In this document: piece after piece, positions 1-8,713 of the stretch | Position numbering within the stretch: position 1 is the first letter of the stretch | Layout of the letters: every line of letters starts with the position of its first letter | NCBI GenBank assembly: GCA_020184695.1 | Contig: JAANOX010000153.1 | Location: forward strand, 1-64,000 | DNA: 64,000 nucleotides | Source: Histomonas meleagridis 2922-C6/04-290x | Taxonomy: Eukaryota > Protista > Parabasalia | Direction: 5' to 3' | Position numbers and translations under genes: made by a program | The notes under the pieces: model-generated | Seen by the model: only the letters and a program-made list of their open reading frames with translations | The model's database searches: none | Told to the model about the DNA's origin: nothing

Positions 1-93
1 GAGATTTTTTTATTTTTTTATTTTACTTTAGTGCTAATTTTTAAGAGATATGCAAAAAATTGGAAAAAAAAAATTAATTTAATAAATTTTTAC

Positions 94-2042
94 TTATTCC
101 TTTGATCTCACAGATTCAATGAATCGTTTAATCTCAGGATTATTTGTTATTGATGAATAATCATCAATTCTAATATCTTTGTGTTTTAGAAGTAACATTA
201 CAATTTCATTATAATTATTTTTACAAGCACGAACAATTGCTGTTTCAAATAAAACAAAAAATCACCAAATATTTAGAATAAACCCAAAATAACTTATTTA
301 AATTTTGAATGTATTAAAATAGCATCTTTTATATTAACATCAATTAATTCATTCTTCAATAGTATTTCAACTACTTTTGTATATCCGTTTGAACAAGCTT
401 TCATTAAAGCTGTATAAAATATTTAAAATAAATTCCGATAATAAAAATGAAATATAATATTTTTAAATTAAACATTAACAAAATCAAAAAAACATTTTTC
501 GTATTAATATAAATTCCTTTTTTATTTAGAAGCAATTTTACTATTTCTATGTGACCGCCTGAACATGCAATCATAAGTGGAACACAAAACAAATTGGAAA
601 AACTCCAAATATTTTAAAAGTACAGAAAATCAATGAATGAAATATTAAATATATTAAATAAATATCTTTTATATTAACATCAATTTTCTCATTTTCAAGA
701 AGTAGTTTAGCAATATCTGTAAATCCATATTTAGATGCTAACATTAGTGGTGTTGAAAACAACATAAACAAATTTTAAAAATAGAAACAAAACATTAAAA
801 CAAAAAAATGAATTTCAAATATTTAAAACATATATCTTTTGAATTAATATCTACACCATTTTGTTTGAGAACATATTTTACAACTTCTATGTTTCCTGAT
901 TCAACAGATTTTGATAATGTTGTATTATATATTCGATTTTTTTTTAGAAAATACTTCAGTAAATAAATATTTCCAATTTTTGCTGTCTCATCAATGAGTT
1001 TGTAATTCATATTCATTCCTTCACTTTCCAAAAATGAAAGAATTTCATAGTTATCATATTGGATACATTTCACTCCTAAAGTACATAAATCAATTGTTTC
1101 GATAATTTTATTATCATAAAGATATTTAAAAATATTATTTCGATGAAATAAAATTGCTGCTTCATATGCATCTTCAAATGTTGAATGATTTTGTATGCAT
1201 AAATGAATAATTTCTTCATTCCCTCCTGCAACTGCATATTTACCTGTTTCATTTATGTTAGAACCATTTAATAATAAAAATTTAAAACATTTAACTGCTG
1301 AAAAAAATGCTGCATAATCAATTAATGTAACATTATTGTGATTAATATATGAACATCTTTCATAAAGTGATGGTTCAATAGTTTGGTTAAAATCAAAATT
1401 TGCTTGTGATGATATTTCTTGAAGTTTTTCTATTTCATCATTTCGAATTATTTTTGTTATTTCTGATTGGTTAATTCCTTCTTTAACATATTTCTTATGA
1501 AGTTCCCAATCATTTCTTTTTAGTTCATCGATATTTTCAAAAAATGTTTGTGAAAACTCGTAATATTTGGAATTTTTGATATCTTCTTCAGATTTATAAT
1601 GAGAAAAGTATAACGTTTTCCTTTCTTTAATGATTTTGGTATTGATTAAATTTTGTTCAAGCATTATTCCTATGAGATAATTAGATTCTTCAGAATTTAT
1701 ATTTAAGAGAAACCGACTAAAGTCTCTAATCATTGCAGACTTATTTTTACTTAAGCCTTTTTCGCACCATTCGTTTGAATTCAGAAACTTTATTAAAAGA
1801 GATGCATCTAATACTTTTGAGATAAAAGCAGAGTAAATTAAATGACACAATACCCGGGCGAAAGATATGTGGTGGTTGAAGTCGTATATATTTTTTGCTA
1901 ATAAAACTGAAGATTCAAGATTTTCATTATTCAAATCATAAATTACTTTTTTTAAAAGCTTTAATTTGTAATAACCATTATGCTCTTTGATATATACTTC
2001 TTGACTTTTGCCTAATTCGGCACTAGTGCCGAATTCTACCAT
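94..2042 (-). CDS. DUF3447/ankyrin-repeat protein, interrupted by four 68-nt spacers; proposed segments 2042-831, 762-661, 592-491, 422-321, 252-94 (558 aa when joined)
   Basis: The 795..2042 ORF has the parabasalid DUF3447-type block (EGINQSEITKIIRNDEIEKLQEI..DFNQTIEPSLYER..TLIDYAAFFSAVKCFKFLLLN) followed by ankyrins. Downstream 34-aa ankyrin blocks LFSTPLMLASKYGF.., LFCVPLMIACSGGH.., IFYTALMKACSNGY.. and a terminal LFETAIVRACKNNY..SKE* are all stop-free. 1949-4x68=1677 nt=559 codons including the stop. Confidence 0.8.
253..830 (-). repeat. 170-bp period array: 102-nt ankyrin block plus 68-nt AT-rich spacer (spacers 830-763, 660-593, 490-423, 320-253)
   Basis: Read directly from the sequence. 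The K-[DN]-[IVA] codons end at 831, 661, 491 and 321; the [LI]-F-x-[TV]-[AP] codons resume at 762, 592, 422 and 252. Confidence 0.85.
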
Positions 2043-2797
2043 CTTGCTCTTGTTTGTTTTTTTTTGTAGTTTTTTAATCTCTCAAATTTCTGAGATGAGA
2101 TTTTGGCTCACAATTTTCAATTGACAGAAAGTTTTAAAAAAATCTCATCCGCAATGCTGATTCGTTTTAACCACAAACAATCAACTATAAGGAAGTTATT
2201 TCAATTATAAGTAAAAGAATTGAAATCAATATTGTTTACCCAAAATCTTCAAATTAAACAAATTTCTCTAATTTTCACAAAAATTTGGTATGATCGTATG
2301 GTTAAGGTTGATAAGAAAAGCATAATAAATTTCCATTGAGCTACGATTTAGAATAAAAGAATTGGTGAAAAATACTAAAAGTTAATCACTCACTTCATTT
2401 ATAATTCAAAATGAGCAGGACAACATTAAATGATTATGAAACTAGCTTTTGATGAAAGTGCAATAATGTATTGTGTAAATGTTGATGGAACAGTTGCAGC
2501 AAAAGGATCAATTAATAATCTTTTCTCAGATATTAATCAAGTTGGTGCTGATAAAAATGGAAATTCACGCGTTGATATTGTTGGCTCAACACCAAATCGT
2601 TGCAAAGATTTATCAATCAATTGATTCTAAAGTAAAAAAAGTGATTGAGATTGCAATTCTTAACATTCCATAAGTAACCAAAACGTCTGCAAAAGTAAAA
2701 AATATGAAAAAAAAAAATATTTTATAATTAAAATCATACACATGTTTAGTATATTGAACCACCTAAAAGCAGCTCATTAGCAAATAAGACTTTTTCG

Positions 2798-5700
2798 TCA
2801 AACTATTGCAGAAACAATTGGAGACAGAATTTCCAAAAGTCTTTTTGCCACTTCTATTTCTTCTTTGTTTGTACTTGTTAACATTCCGACAATTTCAGGC
2901 ATCATTTTCATTAAGAACCATTGATTTGTTTCGTGTTCACAAATCTTTTTCGTTGGTAATTCTGCTGATTCCAAGAACTTCATCACTTGAAGTTTTTCAC
3001 TTCCATTTTTCATAATTTTTTTAATATTCTCCAAAATAAATGAATTATTACTATTATAAACTTCTTCGTTAAACTTTTCGCTTTTTGGTGATAAATATGT
3101 TAACCACACTAAGGATAATGCCTCGAAATTATCCGCATTCTTATCTAAAAATTGTTGTTGTTTTTCGACATTTAACTTATCGAAATATTTTATGATTAAA
3201 TTATTTCCAATTTTTCGATATGAATTCCAATGATTTAACATTAATGAAAAACATTCGAACACATTATCCTTCGTAATATCGAATTCAGGATTTTCGATAA
3301 ACATTTTAACAATTGGTTCGGTTACATTAATTTCGAATATTAATTTACAACTAACGAAAAGTAATTCTTTATATTCCTTCTGTAAACTATTTGTATAAAT
3401 AGTTACAATTATTTGGATAACTGAAACTTGTATTTCAGAATTGGATGTTAATATTAAATCAATTAACATTTCAATTGTTTTTTTAGTTGTTTCTTCATCA
3501 TCAAATGGAAATAGTAATGGAATTGCATCGAGTGTTCTTTGTGTTGTTATATGTACAAATCCATTTACAACAAATTTTTTAACAATTTTGTTAATGATTG
3601 GAATCCATAATGGAAATGTATTTAAAACATTTCGAGTTTTTATACTTTCAATTGCATTTTGTACTAAACGTCCAAAACATGCAAAAATAATCGAAAAATT
3701 TTCGGGTATTGTTGAGTATAAATCAGCCATTTCATCAAGTGACGAACGTAATAATGATTCAGTTTCTTGATCAAGTGAATTACATTCGAATATATATTCA
3801 TAAAATTGAAATGTGTTTGAAACAATTTCATAATTTTTACATTCAAGACAAAATTGTTTTGTTCGTAATATTAATTCTGGAACTAAGGATTTATGGAATT
3901 CTTCATATTCCGAAAAAATATCCCAAAACATTGCAATATGATGAGCTAATTCTTGAACATAAAGTGAAAAAATTGAAATATTTTTTTGCATATTAATTTT
4001 TGTAAGGATTTCTATAAAAGTTTTTGTGACTAAAAAACATATTATATCTTTAGGAATTTGTTTGAAATTCGAACAAATTAAATTAAATAAAGTTCGAATT
4101 GCACATTGTGATACATCACTTCTTTCATCTTCAACTAATTGTGCAACTTTAGACATTAAAAGTGTCCAATTTTCAACAGTATTTTCCATTCTTCTAATTA
4201 CATTCCATAATAAATCAAATGCAGATAATGAAAGATTTATATCAACTGTATTATTAGCAAAATCAAAAATTAAGTTAATGCATGATTCCATATAATTGTT
4301 TGGGACTAAATCGAAACAATCATTACATATATAATTTAATATATTAAATGATGATTGAATTAAATCGATGTTTTCATTAAAATTATTAGGCTGAAGTATT
4401 TGAAATATATATTCCCAACCTTGTTGAATTATTGTAATTCTTTCAGTTATTACATGTCTAAATTGTATAAGTATTTTCCCTTTATATTTCGGTGTTATTT
4501 TAGAATTCGACTTCAAAAAGTCGACTGTTAATGAAAAAAGTGTATTTTCATTTTCTTTTGTTATATTTTTTAATAAATATAAAAATGATTTTATTATTTC
4601 TGTATTAAAACCATTTTCTAAAATTTCATTAAAATGTTGTTTTAAATATGGAAACAATAAATTAAAACGTGTAATATTTGTAATTAATATATTATTTATA
4701 AAATCATATGGAACCGGATTTATTTTTAATGAACTTTGAATTAATTCGGTTATTTGTTGATCATTATAATTTAATCCAAAATTCGTTGGAAATGTGAATG
4801 GAATACATAATATAAATGGCAATATATAAATCCAATTATTTTCACAAAAGTCAACTCTTGTTTCAGCAACTTTTAAAAAGAATAAATGAAGTGTCTTTTG
4901 CTTATTAACATTAATGTTTTTATTTGTATGATATTTATCAGTTGTATAAATACAAAACTTTTTAACTAAGTCATAACATATTTCATTCATTTCGATAAAT
5001 TTAAGTGAATCGAATAAATTTAAAAATGATTCACAACAATAATGAAATGAATTATTAGAAGAATAATCAGTAGAATCAATAATTAAATGATAAAATATTA
5101 CATACGAGTTCTCAATTAATGGTTTCATTTTTTCTTCTTTAGTTGCACGAAATGATTGAAGTAAAGCAAAACAAATTTCATATGGTGCACTTTCACAAAA
5201 TTGTTTTTGTTCTCTTTCATTTTCTGTCAATTTTGTAAGTTGCAATGAAAAATTAATTGGTTTTTTAGGCTTAATTTTATTTGAGATTTTTAATAAAGAA
5301 TTAATTAATGAATTAAATATTTGTGTGGTATCATTATCACATGAAACATAAAGTTTAATTGGTAAATCATTCGAACTAAGTGAAATACATCTAAAGAAAT
5401 ATAATGAAATATATTTATCTTTTGTAGATAATCTTTGTAGAAAATCAGTTAAAATTGATGAACAAAGTGTTTGATGATTTTCACAAAAGATTTTAATAAA
5501 ACATATAATGAATTTTATAGCTTTCTTCTCATTCATTAATTGAATGACAGCACCTTCAAAAAGACATAAAAGTTCGGGTACTTCACATAATAATGCGGTA
5601 TATGTTGTGATAATGTGTTCTAATATTTCATATATAACAGGAGATTTGTTACTTTTAATCATTATCCATTTAGTTGGCTGATTTAATGAAATTGAAACTA

Positions 5701-6334
5701 AATCATTCAAAAGCAAAAATATAATATAATTTAATGGATCTGCAAACCTTTCAAATGGAAATAATGCTTCTGATAATCCTTTGCAACGTTGAATAAAGTT
5801 ATCATAGTTTTCGCCTTCGTGATTGGAATTTTTGATTGTATTCATGAGGCTATCTAAAACTTGTGGAAATGATGCAAGAGCTGTTGAAGAAACAATGTCA
5901 TCATTGTGAATAATAAGGCCTACAAGAATTGAGAAAAATGCTTGCAAGCCATTAAAACATGGAAATTTATAAATAATACTTTCTGGTGATAACATTATGA
6001 ATTGTAATGCACAATTGGAATCAAGGTTTGCAACACCGTTAGCTAAGTTAACAAGAAGAAATTGGAATAAATCATTTGAAAAAATATCATCTTGGATACA
6101 TTTCAATATACATGGAATAAATGAAGGGGAAAGACGCATTAGCTTGGAATTCATGAAAACAGTATTGATAAATTCTACTATTGGTGAATCTTTTAATGAA
6201 ATTGGTGTTGTAAATTCTTTACTTTTTATAAAAGACAATGCCCGAATATTTATTGCACGAACTGTTCCTGGTACCTGGAAGTTATTGTACTTTTCCAATT
6301 CCTCTTGAAGAGGACTGATTGTCTCTTTTTGCAT
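2798..6334 (-). CDS. MON2: MON2-like Golgi/endosome trafficking protein (HEAT/ARM, Mon2 C-terminal region)
   Basis: 1178-aa helical ORF with Mon2-type motifs DINLSLSAFDLLWNV and DERSDVSQCAIRTLF. Confidence 0.75.
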   Translation of the reverse strand: MQKETISPLQEELEKYNNFQVPGTVRAINIRALSFIKSKEFTTPISLKDSPIVEFINTVFMNSKLMRLSPSFIPCILKCIQDDIFSNDLFQFLLVNLANGVANLDSNCALQFIMLSPESIIYKFPCFNGLQAFFSILVGLIIHNDDIVSSTALASFPQVLDSLMNTIKNSNHEGENYDNFIQRCKGLSEALFPFERFADPLNYIIFLLLNDLVSISLNQPTKWIMIKSNKSPVIYEILEHIITTYTALLCEVPELLCLFEGAVIQLMNEKKAIKFIICFIKIFCENHQTLCSSILTDFLQRLSTKDKYISLYFFRCISLSSNDLPIKLYVSCDNDTTQIFNSLINSLLKISNKIKPKKPINFSLQLTKLTENEREQKQFCESAPYEICFALLQSFRATKEEKMKPLIENSYVIFYHLIIDSTDYSSNNSFHYCCESFLNLFDSLKFIEMNEICYDLVKKFCIYTTDKYHTNKNINVNKQKTLHLFFLKVAETRVDFCENNWIYILPFILCIPFTFPTNFGLNYNDQQITELIQSSLKINPVPYDFINNILITNITRFNLLFPYLKQHFNEILENGFNTEIIKSFLYLLKNITKENENTLFSLTVDFLKSNSKITPKYKGKILIQFRHVITERITIIQQGWEYIFQILQPNNFNENIDLIQSSFNILNYICNDCFDLVPNNYMESCINLIFDFANNTVDINLSLSAFDLLWNVIRRMENTVENWTLLMSKVAQLVEDERSDVSQCAIRTLFNLICSNFKQIPKDIICFLVTKTFIEILTKINMQKNISIFSLYVQELAHHIAMFWDIFSEYEEFHKSLVPELILRTKQFCLECKNYEIVSNTFQFYEYIFECNSLDQETESLLRSSLDEMADLYSTIPENFSIIFACFGRLVQNAIESIKTRNVLNTFPLWIPIINKIVKKFVVNGFVHITTQRTLDAIPLLFPFDDEETTKKTIEMLIDLILTSNSEIQVSVIQIIVTIYTNSLQKEYKELLFVSCKLIFEINVTEPIVKMFIENPEFDITKDNVFECFSLMLNHWNSYRKIGNNLIIKYFDKLNVEKQQQFLDKNADNFEALSLVWLTYLSPKSEKFNEEVYNSNNSFILENIKKIMKNGSEKLQVMKFLESAELPTKKICEHETNQWFLMKMMPEIVGMLTSTNKEEIEVAKRLLEILSPIVSAIV

Positions 6335-6744
6335 TCGCTTGTGTCACTTTTCTAATTGTCTTGTATTCAATTTTATAATAAACGGCCTAAACACAAATCA
6401 GACAAAAGTTCATTAGCACGCGAAAAGTGCATTTCATGTCATTTATTATACGGTTATTGGGTTCAGAAATTGATAACGTTCATTATTATCTTTATCCCAT
6501 GTTAAGCAAGTCATTTCTATCATAAAGAAACATTTTCCGATATCAAAACAGAACTTCCAAGAATGACGTATTCAGTATAAACATTTGTCTATGTCATTAA
6601 GGCTTCAAACAGTATTTTTTATGATCCTACACAAAAAAAAGAGATTTTGACCATTTTATTGAGTATGTAAGTGCTTCTATCATCTGTCAATTACTGTGTT
6701 TTGTTTTTGACTGATTTATTTAAACCTTATTTTCTCGAACTCGA

Positions 6745-8121
6745 ATGTGGGCCAATTTTGTTATTTCTTCCATGTTTTGCATGTCCTCATGCCACTTTTG
6801 CGCTACACACAACACTCCTAAAATTTCTAATGATAAATATTCATTTTTGAATGTTCCAAAAAACAAAAACCATCTTTTTTTAGTATTGGGAGGAAACACA
6901 TGTTTCCTCATAGAAGTTATATATGGTGTATATAATTATTTTTCTATTAATCTTACCAATTATTTTGATAAAACAAATCATTTATATTATATTTGCACTA
7001 ATTCCTTTCACCTTTTATCTCTAAATTGTCATCTGGGATCCTCATTTCATAACCTTTTACTTAATTTAAAGTCAAACATTTTTTCAAATAATTCAAATTT
7101 AATGTGTCATCACAAAACACTTTCAGACATTAAATCCTTTAGTAAGTTCTTTTTCATACTAATGTGTATAATGTTTTTATTTCTAATCTTTGTTAAAATA
7201 TTTTCATCTTTAGTAATTTTTAAATCCCATAACAAAAGTTTCCAATTTTTTTCATTTGCTTTTGTATTATTTTCTTTGTCAACATCAACGTATATAGATG
7301 AAAATAAAACGCTTTTAATATATAACGAAAATGATTTCACAAATGAATATACGAATTCAACTATTTATGTGATTATCATTGGCAATGTCTCAGTATCATC
7401 TGGTGAATTCAGTGAATGGCCGCTTCTGAGCCATGTATACGTTGGAGACTCAGTTACATCAATCGGAGGATATGCTTTTTCATTTTGTTCTAATTTAGAA
7501 ACTGCTGTCATTGGCGAAAATGTAAAAGAAATTGGAGGTTCTGCATTTGCATTATGTCCAAAAATTTTAAGCATCAAAATTCCTGACTCAGTTACATCAA
7601 TCGGAGGATATGCTTTTTCATCTTGTTCTAATTTAGAAACTGCTGTCATTGGCAAAAATGTAAAAGAAATTGGTGATTCTGCATTTGCATTCTGCTCACA
7701 ATTAAAGTGTATTTATTATTATGGAACTAATGAACCATCCATTGGAATTTCTGTTTTTTTTAATGTTTCAGTATTTGTTATGGTATTAAATGATTACGGA
7801 GAAAATACATTTGGAAATTTGGACATCACAAAAGAAGTAATCAAAGGATGCTCACCAATGATTACAGATACATTTTCACAATCGAATACATTAACAAAGA
7901 CAAATTCATTTACGCAATCGAATACATTTACAAAGTCAAATTCATTTTCACAATCGAATGCAAGCACAATACATACAACAGATACATTTCCTGTTTTAAT
8001 AACGTTTTCAAATTCATTTATTTTAACACGTTCACTTTTACTTACACCTGTAACGAGATTTGAATATTGTTTTTTATGTTCATCTGTTTCATATCTTGTA
8101 CCAAGATATAAAGTCTCATAG
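6745..8121 (+). CDS. BspA-like leucine-rich repeat surface protein, 3'-truncated (no TM or cytoplasmic tail)
   Basis: TpLRR repeats (VTSIGGYAFSFCSNLETAVIGENVKEIGGSAF) with a 138-bp internal duplication at 7447/7585 and an FTQSNTF Ser/Thr stalk. The sequence then runs into the antisense strand of the neighbouring gene. Close paralog of 51181. Confidence 0.75.
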   Translation: MWANFVISSMFCMSSCHFCATHNTPKISNDKYSFLNVPKNKNHLFLVLGGNTCFLIEVIYGVYNYFSINLTNYFDKTNHLYYICTNSFHLLSLNCHLGSSFHNLLLNLKSNIFSNNSNLMCHHKTLSDIKSFSKFFFILMCIMFLFLIFVKIFSSLVIFKSHNKSFQFFSFAFVLFSLSTSTYIDENKTLLIYNENDFTNEYTNSTIYVIIIGNVSVSSGEFSEWPLLSHVYVGDSVTSIGGYAFSFCSNLETAVIGENVKEIGGSAFALCPKILSIKIPDSVTSIGGYAFSSCSNLETAVIGKNVKEIGDSAFAFCSQLKCIYYYGTNEPSIGISVFFNVSVFVMVLNDYGENTFGNLDITKEVIKGCSPMITDTFSQSNTLTKTNSFTQSNTFTKSNSFSQSNASTIHTTDTFPVLITFSNSFILTRSLLLTPVTRFEYCFLCSSVSYLVPRYKVS

Positions 8122-8591
8122 CCATATTTCGGATTGATTTTTTGGATACCATTATAGAGATATTCGAAATAACAGTTATAATGTCCTGTATTTCCTAATG
8201 ATAATTGTTGTGTAAAATCTTCACAAAAATAGTCAATGTCCGTGTAAATAAATACAGCAAGGATTTCGTCAGCAGTTAGTTTATTGTTCGGATCAAGTAA
8301 ATATTTTGATTGATCTTTTTCCAAATATTCTTTATATAGACGATTGTGTTCAATAATGTTTTTGTAGTCAGCCTCCAATTTTGAATAATCATAATTTGGA
8401 ATCGTAAATACTTCATTTCTAAAGCATTTGTCAAAAGATGGATATTTTATTGATGTATATTTTGTAAGCTTATAAGCATTTTCGGTATCTTCTGGATGAA
8501 ACCTCCCAATCGGAACTTGAATAAATGAAAGCAAAGCAAAAATCATTTTAATGAACTGTTCCCAATTTGGCATCAATTCAAAAGCCGGCAT
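7794..8591 (-). pseudogene. Truncated secreted ART-like (NAD:arginine ADP-ribosyltransferase fold) protein
   Basis: Signal-like MIFALLSF at 8546. LTADEILAVFIYT...YFEYLYNGIQKI...TLYLG resembles the ARTC helical block and the xYRG motif. After ~8040 the frame is only the antisense of the BspA stalk; no STS or catalytic Glu is seen. Confidence 0.5.
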
Positions 8592-8713
8592 TTTTTAATT
8601 AAAAAACCACATCATAGTCAAAATTAATAGTCAAGATCGCGTATTAAATGTTTTTGTTAAATTTTCTCATTTTTTATATTAAAAAAGAAAGAAATTTTTC
8701 AAAAAATTTATTA

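Noticed and set aside
410-493. Canonical GT..AG intron reading of the third ankyrin spacer (GTTTTTTTG..TATACAG), and GC..AG for the fourth
   Set aside because: Splicing 493-410 gives AAT CTT TAA (immediate stop), removes the conserved Thr of the TAL motif, has no ACTAAC branch site and does not apply to spacers 1-2. An 86-nt AT..AC/AG reading keeps the frame but shortens repeats to 28 aa and fails for spacer 2.
2430-2673. Two short overlapping + strand ORFs
   Set aside because: No recognisable family or motif; may be a gene fragment but cannot be supported.
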